A DNA stretch of 64,000 nt, taken from Eledone cirrhosa (lineage: Eukaryota). The notes beneath the pieces are model-generated. The model was given only the letters and a program-made list of their open reading frames with translations. It did no database searches and was not told where the DNA came from. The stretch's first letter is position 1. Every line of letters starts with the position of its first letter. Position numbers and translations under genes: made by a program. This document shows positions 49,781 through 63,226 of the stretch, in pieces. The DNA lies in contig OZ024740.1 in NCBI GenBank assembly GCA_964016885.1, forward strand, positions 298,406,001 to 298,470,000. Reading direction: 5' to 3'.

Positions 49781-50653
49781 CAGGTGCGGACGATATTTGT
49801 TCGCAAGATTACTGTCGAGGAAAAAATAACACAGTAGTTTTATTTTTTAAGATATATTTATCAAACTTGGGTCAGTTTGTCTTCATGACTTGTTCTTTCG
49901 ATCTCACTTGATAAACCCGCCATTGGCTTTGATGATGGCCTCAAGGCGGCCTCGGAACCGGCTACAGGCCTTCGTCACTGTCCCCCGACTTAGGCCTCTA
50001 AAGGCACTTGTGATCCTGGCCTTCAGATCGTCTTTCGTATTGCAGCTAGATCTGTTGGTGTCTCGTTCCACTGCGCCCCACACAAAGAAGTCGAGGGGGT
50101 TGCAGTCAGGCGAGCTGGGAGGCCACATGTCAGGTGAAGTGTGGTCGACGAAGTTCTCTGACAGCCAGGCTTGGGTCTTTCGGCTGGTATGGCAGGAGGC
50201 TGAGTCTTGCTGCCACACGTACGGCCTACCTGCAGCTACCTGGTTGATCCAGGGCTTTACTACCTCGCTCAGAACGCGTATGTAGCCATTGGTGTTCAGC
50301 TTGAGGCCCTCAGGGAAGAAGTGAACTGGCATAACGACACCTAAGACCAATGGTGTCGCTGGAAACTTTGTCTGTATGACTCTGGGCACGTCTTCGGATG
50401 AGACACCATTCTCCTGCTGACGCTGAGAAAGTCTGAAATTTCCTTATTTGTCCTCCCGGTGCAGATTCCAAGAAGAACTCCGTGTCTCTTCCACAAATTT
50501 GGAGGTTCAAAATTATTCATAATCAATTATTCTGAAAATAAATAATGGAAATATAGTCACTGTTTTTATGAAGACAAGAGTGACAACAGAAGTAAAAAAA
50601 ATTTGCATAAAATTAGCAGTTGAAAATTGCGAACAAATATCGTCCACACCCTG
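49781..50653 (-). mobile_element. Tc1/mariner maT (DD37D) transposon, internally deleted
   Basis: About 27-bp TIRs cag(g)gtgyggacgatatttgttcgcaa in a TA context; ORF WQQDSASCH...SPDCNPLDFFVWG with 37 residues between the last two catalytic Asp. Confidence 0.9.
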
Positions 50654-50792
50654 TATATATATAAAAGTTTATAGCCGGTTCAATCGGTGGTAACCACAGT
50701 AAGTAAGGTACTCAATACATAGCAGACTATAAATATTTATTATAGAAATGGCTTCTACAGAACTAGAACTGTTTCATTCGGGAGATATCTAA

Positions 50793-50843
50793 GGCTTCCT
50801 GATGATTCCTCTCGAATGAAACAGTTCTAGTACTGTAGAAGCC
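50793..50843 (+). ncRNA. Hammerhead ribozyme motif with stable stems I and III
   Basis: GGCUUC CUGAUGA UUCCUCUCGAAU GAAA CAGU UCUAGU ACUG UA GAAGCC; predicted cleavage after GUA at 50837. Confidence 0.8.
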
Positions 50844-51374
50844 ATTTCTATATTAAATATATATATATATATATATATATACAAATATAAATTAGCGAGA
50901 ATCGCATTTTGGCTATTGGAAATTAGCAAAATGTGTGGCAAGCGCCCAATAGAAACAAGTGAACTAGAGCAAAAACACGTTAAAAGGCCAAACACACTGA
51001 GACGATGGTTAAACCATTAACCGCAAAGCCATAGAAGCGAACAAGCTATTCGGGTCAAACAAATAATAAAATATGATTGATTTATATATTTGGGGAAAGT
51101 CATATTGTTACAATATTGCCAGAAATAATAATAAAACACACTCACTGTTTGGTTTGGTTTGGTTTTCACTTCTGTATCTTTTATATCTCCATAATTAATT
51201 TATATGGCAATCAATGTTTGTCATTGATTTACCAATGGTTAAAAATAGAGATATACACATATAGTCCTATACGAGTGAGACACGGTCACCCGACCAATAT
51301 TGCCTCAAGTGGGACAATTCCCGTCTAACCCATGCTAGCGTGGAAGATGGACGTTAAACGATGATGATGATGGT

Positions 51375-51420
51375 CTATCAAAGTTCTTTCGTCACACATC
51401 TGTGACATCATCAGTGGTAC
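51375..51420 (-). ncRNA. Degenerate hammerhead motif
   Basis: GUACCA CUGAUGA UGUCACAGAUGUGUGAC GAAA GAAC UU UGAUAG; good stem II, weak stem I. Confidence 0.5.
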
Positions 51421-52664
51421 TATTATGTTTCCTCCCATTGTATTGTAATGTCTATGCCATTTTAATTTAATTTTATTTATTTATTAACATACATATATAT
51501 ACATATATACGCACACACAAACACACACATATATATATATACATATATACGCACACACAAACACACACATATATATATATATATCCTATCATCTCATTTC
51601 TACAGCTGAGTAAACTGGAGCAATGTGAAATAAAGTGTCTTGCTCAAGGAAACAATATATATATATATATATATTTTGATTCGTTCAGATGAAATTTATT
51701 GTGCAGCATTTGGTTTCGTGTTATGATAAAATTGCATAATTGCAATTGATGATTACCATCCACAAAATGTCTGAAAGGGATTAGGTGAAAAATTTAACAG
51801 AAATTTATAATTGGGTTAAGGGAGGGAACTCTGGGATTAAATGCTTGCTTGTTTTGTCTACATAGGAAAATAAAATGGTGATATTTATGTCCTAGAATTA
51901 CATTAGGTGTGTGGAGATGGAGAGAAGTTGTATTGCCAATTGTTTTTGGATATAGTGGGGTATTTCTAAAGGATGATATTTTAAGAGAGGGGATGAGAAA
52001 ATTGTATTAATTTGAGAGTGATTATGAGTATGAAGGGAACATTTTAAGGTGGGTTTTGTACGACTACCTGGGTAGCCTACATTTCTGGGAGCTGATGTTT
52101 CCATGCAGTGAACGAAGAGTTTTTGAGATGCAAACAGCGACTGAAAAGCTCGTTTTTGAAGTTCTGGTATTTATTTAGAAAATTCTGTATTTTTTGCCAG
52201 TACAAAGTGCATATTTCTTTGATCCTATGTGTAGACTGGTCTTTTCTAGTATTCTTCAGGTTATTACATAGGAAAACTCTGTCTTTCAATTCCTATACAT
52301 TGTTCAACAGCGCAGTAAACGTTTAAATTTCAGGTTGTCTGAAGGTGGAGACATATGAGTAACATCTTTGCTCTAACCTCTCTTGTACCATACCCACATA
52401 TTTTTTCTGCCCACTGCATGGCTGTTGTTCTTACATGTAACTTCGGCCAGCTTCATATATTATGGACAATGTTCCAAATCTGTTGACAAGCTCATACATA
52501 CACACACATATTCACTTAAAATATACAATAATTACCTCCCTTTCTAATTTTTCCAAAATGGCTGACTGAATACACAGGTGTATTTTTTTCTCAAAAACAC
52601 TTTGTCTCCGTTCTTTCCATCTCACTCTCTTATCTTTCTATTTCATCTATGATTTTTCATTCTA

Positions 52665-52700
52665 TCTTCTGATGAAGGACTAGTGTCCGAAACCTCAAGA
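52665..52700 (+). ncRNA. Minimal hammerhead motif, same family as 6105-6140 (stem III mutated)
   Basis: UCUU CUGAUGA AGGAC UAGU GUCC GAAA CC UC AAGA; flanks homologous to 6015-6165. Confidence 0.6.
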
Positions 52701-55700
52701 CTCTTTTCCTAATTAAACTAATATATTTCTGCATTGTACTGTTGCTTGTTTTGTTATTTCTGTTTACTTTTTGTATGCTAGCGTGGAAAAATGAATGCTA
52801 AACGGGGGTCTAAAGCTAGTTTGGATGGTGGTGTTGTGGTGTTGATTCAGTTGTTGTGTATTCACTTGTTGATTGTTCAGTGATGTGGTTACTGATGTGT
52901 AGAGTGTAGGCGAAAGAAGATTGATGTGCCTTATACAGTGTGACCAGAGATTCGGGGTGTGAAAGTAAGTGAGTAACAGTGCTCATTATGATGATGTAAT
53001 GGTTCTTTGGGTAATACAAAGCTGCTATGTTACTAATTTATTAAATATAACTTTCATTGAAGTTATACAATAATACATGAAGAACAAATAACCAAAGTTG
53101 AATTGTGTGATGTTATGTATTATGTATGATGTGTATGCCTGTTTTCTTGCAAAGGTATTATTAAAAATGTATTTACCAAAGTTCTGTTGATGGGATGAAT
53201 TTCGCTGGTCTGGCTGAGAGACTGACTAAGAGAGAGAAAGACCCAAAAGGGTTGGTGTGTGAGACAGTTGACCACTATATCTTAGCCAGTGGGTATGAAC
53301 TCTGCAACTGCCAGGATTGACTCTTGGAGCAAGCTATTTATGTGTATTCCTTCCTTTTGTCTCCAGGACTTAAGAATATGAGATGGCTGTTTATATATCA
53401 AAATATAAGACTTATTGGTGACTTGAAAGCCCATTCAGTCATAATGGAAACTTATCTATGACACCAGAATGGTTAATTTTTTGGTTGCTGCTGATAGTGT
53501 AAAAGAATCCCTATTGAGGAGAGTATCAAATTGCTGCTACGTATATATGTATTTGCACACCCATTTTTCAAAACTGGCATAAAATTTTGTAGAAGTGGTT
53601 TCTATGAGGGAGATTGCATGGCAACTTGACTCACTAAAATAAAACATTACAAAAAAAAAAAAAAAGACAAGATGGTCACTGCTAGATAGTTTTTGGTCAT
53701 AGACCTGCTTATCTAGAGCTGATGCAGGGCTAAATGAAAACAATAGTGATGCTCTCAGTGTTGTTTAGGTTAATGTTAATTTTGAAACGTGATATTATCG
53801 AGAAATGGCAGCAAACTGGCAGTCATTAGAACGTCGGATAGAATGCTTTGCAGTATTTGTTTTGACTCTCTGCTCTCTGAGTTCAAATCCTGCTGAGGCC
53901 AACTTTGCCTTTCCTCTTTTGAGGTCGATAAAAAAAGCACCAGAGCTAGAGTTGATTCTTCCTCCATATCTCTTTATCATTTCCATTCAACCACTCCCGC
54001 TATCCTTCTCTGGAAGAAATCTGCTGTATTCAGACTTGGAGATGGGCATCGTCAGGTTTAAAAAATGCTCTAGAAACGCCATGTGTCAATACGCCACCCC
54101 TACAACTCCCTCAGGTGTTATGGGACCATGCATGCATATTATTGAGACAAAACTTATTAAGCACCATTATACTAAAATCGTGACATAAAGTTTAATGCTC
54201 GGCCATTAACCTTTACTCTAAAAATTGTTCAATAATCTTAAGAGTGAGCTTGAAGGGCTGGAATTATTAAAAAAATACTGCTTGGAATGGTGAGAGTTAT
54301 ACAGGATTTACAATAAACTTCGCTTTCAACAGAGGTTGCAATTTTTCATATAAGGGAGGTTAATCTAACAAATTGCTTCCCTTGATGAATATGTACGTTT
54401 GACTTATCTCCCCCTTTCATTTAAGTTTACACTTCATTCTACATTTGAAATTGCTTTTTATAAAATATTTCCTGTCCAAGGGAGATAATCGGTTATTCAT
54501 ATTGTCTATATGCTTCAGCTTGTACCCATGGGAGGTCGGGTACTCTGTATTATAAATGTATCTGAAATGAATGTTCTTTATGCATTGAATATATATATAT
54601 ATAAGAAAGAAAAACTTTATATGTACACTCAAAAGCATGGGGAAAAAAAAAGAATCATTCTGTTTGATACATTAAAATGTTTATAGTTTAGATTTTATAA
54701 GAAATAAAAAAAGCTTTTAATGGTTAATTTTGTAAGAATTAATATTTGCTATTGAGAAATTATCATCATCGTTTAATGTCCATTTTTCCACGCCAGCATG
54801 GGTTAGATGGATTGTCCCATTTGAGGCAAGTTGGGTCAGGTGACCGTATCTTGCTCACACAGAACTGTTTCTGGCTTGGCTTCTATGGCTGGATGCCCTT
54901 CCTAACGCCAACCATATTTGCAGTGTGTGCTGGATGTTTTTTGTCATGACTCTTACACAACCACTTTACAGTGTGAACTAGGTGTTTTTTGCCGTGAAGG
55001 TTAATTAAATGCAGCTAAAATAAGTTCAACTATAAATATTGTTATATTATTTCAAAATATTTTGAATAATCACACTACAAAAAGATAACAAAAAAATTAA
55101 AATGTCTCCACATTTGTGCTGAAGATATTTATGACCCATAAATCAACACATACTGCAATGCTTATGTCATTATAATTCAATCATCAGAAATTCTGAAAAC
55201 ATCGTCAATGTCATAAGCATAGATTTTAAGATTTTGAAATGTGGTCCCTATTTTAAAGCTTGGGGAATCAGCTGGATCAGTTGGAAATGGTTGTTTCTGA
55301 CAGGACCTGCTGGAAGGAGTGTTTGAGGACTCTGTCCCCACTGTCCTCTCAGGGAATAAGTGGGCAAAGAAGTTTGAGCAGTATGAACATTACTGAAGAT
55401 AATGTTAGTTGTGCACTACAGAGGTTTAAGCAAGTGTGTGTATGTTGATAATCTACATATCATTGATAGGTGTCAAAGGTCCTACAATAAATTATGTTTA
55501 TAACATTGTATTACAATTTCAAACCCTTTTGATACGAACTCACCGATCTCTGTTTCTATATAAGAGGGTGCTGAAAAGTTCCTGGCTTTGGGTAAAAGGA
55601 ACTACCGGAGCATCTGTTAATTATTGCAGTGGTCCTTCAGTTTTACCAAGCCCTGTAAAAAGAACTCAGAAGGTTGGGCCTTCAACCAGGCCTCTGTAGC

Positions 55701-58609
55701 AGCAATCTAGCTAGGAACTTTCCAGTATTCTCTTGTAAAACAAAACCACCAATTTTAAAGGGTTTCTACACAAATTAAAACCTTCCAACATAATTGTATA
55801 CAAGAATATTTTGTTATATTACATATACTGTCTTAATGAAATTATAATTTTAGTAAATTTTTCCTAAATTATTAATTAATTAATTAATACAAAATATTTA
55901 ATTAGCCAAAAGGTTAACTGAAAATAAGTGTGACTAGCATTTCTTCACTGATGTACCTGTACTATTGAGAGGTGGCATATTTACCACAGTAAACTTGGAC
56001 TTAATATGGCTTAACATGCCTTTATATTCACTCCCATTACTGGAGAGCATTTGCAGTGTACTGGAGCCTATCCCAATTTTCAATAATCGGTTGTGATTTA
56101 TTTATTCTTTGTTTTGACTCATGAGGTGGATTTGAGCTGTGTATTGCATGCTAATGAAATACTTGTCTGTTGCCTTTGCTGTTTGCACTAGTATTTTAAC
56201 CTAACTCATGCTACCTTTTAATAGTGCCCAGCCCATACTGTAAAGTGGTTGTGTAGGTGTCATGACAAAAAGCATCCAGTCCACACTGTAAAGTGGTCAT
56301 GTGTCATGAAAAAAGAACCCTGTCCACACTGCAAAGAAGTCATGTAGGCATCACAGCAAAAAGCACCCAGTCCATATGTAAATTGGTCATGTAGGGGCCC
56401 TGTCCACAGTGTAAAGTGGTCATGATTAGGAAAGGCATCCAGATGTAGAAACCAAGCCAGAAACAGTTCTGTATGAGCAAGACACAGCCATCAGATCTGA
56501 CTTGTCTCACAACAGGACAACTCATCTAACCTATGCTAGCATGGAAAAATGGACATTAAACGGTGATGATGATGATGAGTTACATGAACTGAGTCATCAA
56601 AAGTGAAGTGACTCTGAAACAGCATACAATATAATCACCATCGTCGTTTTAACATCCACTTTCCCTGCTAGCAAGGGTTGGACGGATCTACATAATATCG
56701 TTTGTGCACTGTCTCACGTTCTACCGAGTGCACAGGGAAGGTTGTCATGTTCTTGTTACAACTGAGGATCTTCCCAACCCTTTGTTTGGAAAGTCTTTTG
56801 CTGCCGGATGCCCTTCTTATTATCAACCACTTTACAGTGTGTACTGATTGCATACTCACTGTAAAGTGGTTGGTGATCTGTGATGGCAATTGAAAGTTGA
56901 CTCATTGTTTAGGTATTATGACATTTTAAGACTCAACTTCCTTCTACTTGACAACTAAAGTAAATATTCATTTGGGTATGATATGATTTCTTCAGTTATC
57001 TCTCTGAAAATAGGTGGAGCTCTAATTTATACTTGGTTTTAAAAAGATCAGCAAGTAGATCACTTTATTCAATAATCCACATACTCTCAGGTCCCAAATA
57101 ATAGAGAAGTTGGAATAAGTGGGGTGGGGGTTAGCAAATTGGTAATTTTTCTGAGTTGTCTCCGTTGATGTTTTTAAAAATCAGAATTAGTCGTTTAGTT
57201 TATATATTGAGATCCCAACCCATCCTATTTATTTTATGACGTATGGGATTTCTTGTAATGTTCTTTTTTTGTCATGTATAAAGACAATTATCGTAGGAAT
57301 GCTACCATTTAAAATAAAATTTTGTCGGAGATAGATTAGCAAAATTTAATAAGTAAAGATATTTATCAAAAGCCTGCTTTCATGACAATATATAACAATA
57401 TATATTTAATTTTGTTTTACTAGTTTTATTCATTGAATTGTGGTTATGCTGGTTAACATGTTTAGCTGATCAAGTCAACCCCAGTACTTACTGTTTCAAG
57501 TTTTATATTTGCTTTATCAGTCCCTATTTGTCAATTGCTAAGTTATTGGATATAAACAAGTCACACCAATTGTTAAGCAGTATAAACATATATGTACATA
57601 CATATATATATATATATATATATGGTCAACTTTGCTTTTCATCATTTTGATAAAAAGTGTACCAGTCTAGTACTGGGGTTGATTCTTTCTCTATATCTCT
57701 TTCCCACTTCCATTCTCTTACTCTCTCTATCCTTCTCTGGAAGAAATCTACTGTATTCTGACCTGGAGAGGAGATGGGCTGCACCAGGTTTTAAAATGCC
57801 CAAGAAATGCCTTATGTCATTACAGTGCCCAACAAATCCCCCAGGAGTTACGGGACTGTACATGCATGCATATATGTATATATGCTGGGCTTCCTCAAAG
57901 TTTCCATCTATCAAATTTCACTCACAAAATATGGATCAACTTAAGACTATAGTAGACGACACTTGCCTAAAGTGCTGCTACACAGTAGGACTGAAGCTGA
58001 AACCACATGGATGGGGACCTATTTTCAGATAGGCAACTAAAATAGCCATATCACACTCACTTAGTCATAAAGCAGAAGAGTTATGTCTAATAAAGACTAA
58101 TCTAACTGTTTAACCACAGCCATTATTTAGATTTGACAAAAACCTAATATTTTAATGGCTTATTTTTTTCCTAAAAATGTTAGTGATTTAAGCAGAATAG
58201 TGTAAATCTTTCATGGGAATCATAAGTGATTTGTAGATTCAGTTTGCTGAAATTTAATATTAAATTAAGGGTTTTGTACTTTAGCAAAGCACTTCACTCG
58301 TCATTGCTCTAGTTTAAATGAGTACCAGTAACAACTGGGGGGTTAAGCTCATGACCACCTGTGCCAGTTTCTTAATACCAAGTAAAGCTGAGATAAGCTC
58401 TAGCTTGATGCAGACCTGGGCTTTAAAACAGCTTTAACTTTTTAACTGGCTTATGGTGAGGAGGAACAGCAGCAGTTATGGTCTTTTGTAGGGCCTTTGA
58501 GAGAAGTGGGGATGGGGTGAATGTGAGGAAGAAGCAATGACACTTCAGTTGCTTTATTGGAAAACTTTACATCAAAATATAGAGATATTTACTCACAGGC
58601 TGGAGATAG

Positions 58610-59372
58610 TAATAATAATAATAATGAAATATTGTGTACAGTGCTCAGGTGCACTACAACTCATCAAAAAGTGTATGTATAGTACATAGGGTAATGTACA
58701 AACATCAGGAAAATGAACAGGGCATGAGTCATGATACACATGTATGCATGTGTATGGAAGGGGTACATCAGGTGTAGTTTTGGCGTATTTCGGGAAGCAT
58801 GAGTGTCTTAAAGGATGCAGTGTCTCGGCAGCTAACAACTGACGCAGGCAGTTTGTTCCATGCTTCAGCAACTCTAAGCGTGAAAAAATGTTTACGAAAG
58901 TCATGGGAGCTGTGCTGTTTTCTGATTTTGTAGGCATGTCCACGTGTGTTAGACACATGGAGATCAAAAAGGTGCTCAGGGTTGCAATTGGCGAGATGGT
59001 TAATAACTTTGTGGGTATTTACCAAGTCCATTGCCAGACGTCGGAGCTTCAATGAATCCATGCCCAGGGAAGCAAGGCGTTCAGAGTATGGTAGGTGTCT
59101 GATGGAGGGTATGCGCTTGGTTGCACGTCTCTGAACAGTTTCCAGGAGGTCAATGTTCTGAGCAAGATAGGGGTTCCAGACTGATGATGCGAATTCCAAG
59201 TGTGGTCATACCATAGCTGTATACAGTTTTAAATAGATGGCTGGAGAGCGGTTAACAAAGGTCTTGCTGAATGATGCCAAGACACCCTCGGCCTTCTTGA
59301 CAATCTTAGAGACATGCTTTGTCCAATGCAAATCGCTGCTGACAGTAATGCCCAGGTCACGTTCACAAGAGG
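58610..59372 (-). mobile_element. CR1-clade LINE 3' fragment
   Basis: EFASSVWNPYL...LETVQRRATK...YSERL...TRGHAYKI...RKHFFTLRVAEAWNKLP; (ATT)n tail. Confidence 0.88.
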
Positions 59373-60062
59373 ACTGGCTCCTATCTGAATACTTGCTAAA
59401 GACACCTAGGAGCCAGATGATGATGTTAAACTGAGCAACAGATCAAGCCTACAACTTGAATGCTTAGAAATGAAAGATTGATACTTATATTGAATGAAGG
59501 GAGTTACTTATATTGTATTTAGGAGTTGCAATAAAACTTTAGAATTCTGAATTCTTGACTCCCAACATCTGTTTTGTATATTCAATTTGTATTAAATCCT
59601 TGAGAAAGACCCTTTCATAACCACATTTCTAATGAAATACACTCTATCTTAATTAATTAATGAAGAATTTCAAAGGATTTACTTAAATTATTAACTATTT
59701 CATTACTAAGATAGTAACTTATTGTAAGGTTCTTATATAAAATCTAAATTGGAAATCTTTAAAATGGGTGGTTTTATTTCATAGAACCAGAGCTGGGTTA
59801 CTAAAATTATTCATTATTTCATTACTAAGATAGTAACTTAATGTAAGGTTCTTATATAAAATTATATTGGAAGATTTTAATTTAAATTGGAAACCTTTAA
59901 AATGGATGGTTTTATTTCATAGAACCAGAGTCGGTTTTGTGTGGGTTGGTGACTAAAGGGTTAATACTGTTTACATGGAGCTTTAATGATTAATTTGGAA
60001 ATATATTTCTAAAGATTGTTTGGTTATTGTTTGTTTCTATTCTACAATTTTATTTTATACAG

Positions 60063-60112
60063 ATCGTTCACTCCGACCATTGTTTCCTCAGGGATTTTGC
60101 AACGAAACTCAG
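60063..60112 (+). CDS. PNPT1: PNPT1 exon 5 (DRSLRPLFPQGFCNETQ); gene continues beyond window
   Basis: cag/GTAAAT, 50 nt, phase 1/0; PNPase DRSIRPLFP motif. Confidence 0.97.
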
Positions 60113-61033
60113 GTAAATTGGAATTATATTTTAAAATGTCATTTTCCTCAGGACATGTTTAACTAGTTTTACTGTACTTTTGGTCAAGGATAATACAGTG
60201 AGAGCAATATTAATCAGATGTGACATTGATATATTACAACTTAGACGTAAGGCATAGCTGTGTGGTTAAGAAACTCATTTTGCAATTATGTGGGTTTGGG
60301 GCTAATCCCACTGTGTAGAACCATGGATAAGTGTCTTCTACTATAGCATTGGGTTGACCATTTCTTTGTGAATGAATTTGGTAGACAGAAACTGTATGGA
60401 AGCCCATAATGTGTGTGCATGTATGTGTGTCTGTCTCTGCATAAATCTTCATGATATCATTTAAGCATGTGGTGATGTTTGTTTAATGCATGCACAAACA
60501 GTATGTTTTGCAGCTTAACATTTTGATAAAGATCAGTGGAATAAAGTACTACTATACTTAATAAAAAAGTATGGGTTGACATCAGCATGGGCATTCGGCA
60601 GGAGAATACTGCCTAAGATTGTCTTGTCCAACTCATGCCAGCATATAAAATTTTTGTTCATGGAATACTCTGGTATAAATGTGTGTAAGATTTTGATGAT
60701 TTGTTAAAAACTAGTGATGTTTTCTTTCTTTTAGCCAAAGTGCTCAGTTCACACTGTCAAAGTGGTCCTGTTGGTAACACGACAAAAAGTGTCCAGCCCA
60801 CACTGTATAGTAGTCGTGTAGGTGTCATGACAAAAAACAATCAATCCATACTGTAAATGTGGTTGGCGTTAGGAAGGGCATCCAGCCATAGAAACCACGC
60901 CAGAAACAGTTCTGTGTGAGCAAGACACGGTCACCTGATCTGTCTTGTCTCATATCAAGTCAACTTGTCTAACCCATGGAAAAATAGACATTAAACAGTG
61001 ATGATGATGATATATGCATGAATGTGTGTGTAT

Positions 61034-61069
<36 letters not shown>

Positions 61070-61666
61070 ATCCACGCTGTAGTGCTAGTGCCACAACAAA
61101 AATCAACCTGCCCACCCTGTAAGGTGGTAGTGTCAGACACGATAAAAAGGTCTCAGTACACTCTGTAAAGTGTTTGGTGTGAGGAATGGCATTCAGCTAC
61201 AGAAACCAAACTTAAACAAAGTGTATGAGCAAGATCGCATCACTTGACCGGTCTGGCCTCACCATGTGACAGCAATCTAACTGATACAAGCATAGAAAAT
61301 GGACATTAGATGGTGTTGATATGATGATACACTGTCATACATCCATACATACATACTCACACACCCACATATCATCATCATCATCGTTGTTTTTACATAC
61401 TGTTTTTCCACGCTTGCGTAAGTTGGACAGATCCTTCTCAAGCACACCATTTCTCCATTCGCTGCATTTCTTCATCATCTCCTCTGTGAGTCTCAGTGAT
61501 TTGAAGTTTGTTCTCACCACCTCTGCCCAGGTCTTTCTTGGTCTACCTCTACCGCAGCTTCCTTCCACTTGTATTTCCTGGAACTTCTTCACCCATCGAT
61601 CATTGTCCATGTGTGTATCGCATGTCTGTACTAATCTTCTCTCTTGCACACCACCTCGGATTCCTC

Positions 61667-62488
61667 TTAACCCTTTAGCATTTACATTACTCTGTATTTA
61701 CTATTGTATTTTCACAGTAAAGGCTTTACCTCACATAACATTTACATTACTCTGTATTTACTATTGTATTTTCACAGTAAAGGCTTTACCTCACATACCA
61801 TTTACATTACTCTATATTTACTATTGTATTTTCACAGTAAAGGCTTTACCTCACATAACATTTACATTACTCTATATTTACTATTGTATTTTCACAGTAA
61901 AGGCTTTACCTCACATAACATTTACATTACTCTATATTTACTATTGTATTTTCACAGTAAAGGCTTTACCTCACATAACATTTACATTACTCTATATTTA
62001 CTATTGTATTTTCACAGTAAAGGCTTTACCTCACATAACATTTACATTACTCTATATTTACTATTGTATTTTCACAGTAAAGGCTTTACTTCACATAACA
62101 TTTACATTACTCTATATTTACTATTGTATTTTCACAGTAAAGGCTTTACCTCACATAACATTTACATTACTCTATATTTACTATTGTATTTTCACAATAA
62201 AGGCTTTACCTCACATAACATTTACATTACTCTGTATTTACTATTGTATTTTCACAGTAAAGGCTTTACCTCACATAACATTTACATTACTCTGTATTTA
62301 CTATTGTTTTTTCACAGCTTTAACTCACATAAAATCTCACATAATATCAAAGTTTCAAGATTTTGATGTTATTTATTTTGAGAACAATACCTTTACATAA
62401 GTATCAGCAGCTGGTTATGGCCAGTTTGATCAGGAAGAGCTGATAGAATTCTGGCCTGATATAGCTGGTTTAAATGCTATAGGGTTAA
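61667..62488. mobile_element. piggyBac-like MITE expanded by an internal satellite
   Basis: TTAA ccctttagcattta...taaatgctataggg TTAA. Confidence 0.8.
61681..62317. repeat. 60-bp tandem array, about 10.6 nearly identical copies
   Basis: Successive 60-nt lines are almost identical: tttacattactctatatttactattgtattttcacagtaaaggctttacctcacataaca. Confidence 0.97.
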
Positions 62489-63226
62489 ACCCAGTTTCTC
62501 TTTCAGGTCATCCAAGCTCTGTCTTTCTTTCACATTTACATTGCACTTCCAACGGAGTATGGCTGCTACATTTCTCTCCAGCCTACGCATGTCCTCTGCA
62601 GTCACTGCCCCACATTTCGCACACAGCCATTGTATAGTCATCCTTTTGTATGTAGAGAGAAACTTTTTTTTTGTTGACAGTGAGAGTAGCTTTCTAAACT
62701 TCAATATTTCTCATCATCATCATTACGTGTCCACTTACTTTTCCATGCTGTCATGAGTTGGATGGGATGTTTTACAACCTGATTACTTCCTGATACGAAT
62801 CCTTTTAATAACTTCTTATCACATGCAGGAATATGGTGTATCTATTCTAAAATCTTGATACACATCACATAAATATAAATTTCATCAAAATAGTCTAACT
62901 GGACAATATTTTTGCTACATTATGCATGTGTGTATATATAGATTTATACGTTATTATTGAGTACCTGTGTGAGTGTGCGCCTGTGTGAGCAAAAGATCAC
63001 ACGTTTGTATGTGTGTGTTCGTATTTCCATGTAGACGCACATACACTTATGTGAGAATGTATACGTTTACATACTATTACGTATAAGCGTGTGTTTGAGT
63101 GTTTGTATGTTTATGTTTTGGATATTTATTTATATATTTTTTCCCCTCAATTTTTGCCCATTATTAGATTCCAGCCCCACTTTCATTTATCCTAAATTTA
63201 TCCATATTTAATAAACATGCCATATT

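Noticed and set aside
51830-53520. Possible decayed Penelope-like ORF near the 52665 hammerhead
   Set aside because: Coding-like texture but no RT or GIY-YIG motif could be read with confidence; needs TBLASTN/HMM search.
61321-62400. 359-aa and 220-aa ORFs with 20-aa repeats
   Set aside because: Artefacts of the stop-free 60-bp array plus antisense RTE sequence within a PNPT1 intron; no gene-like features.
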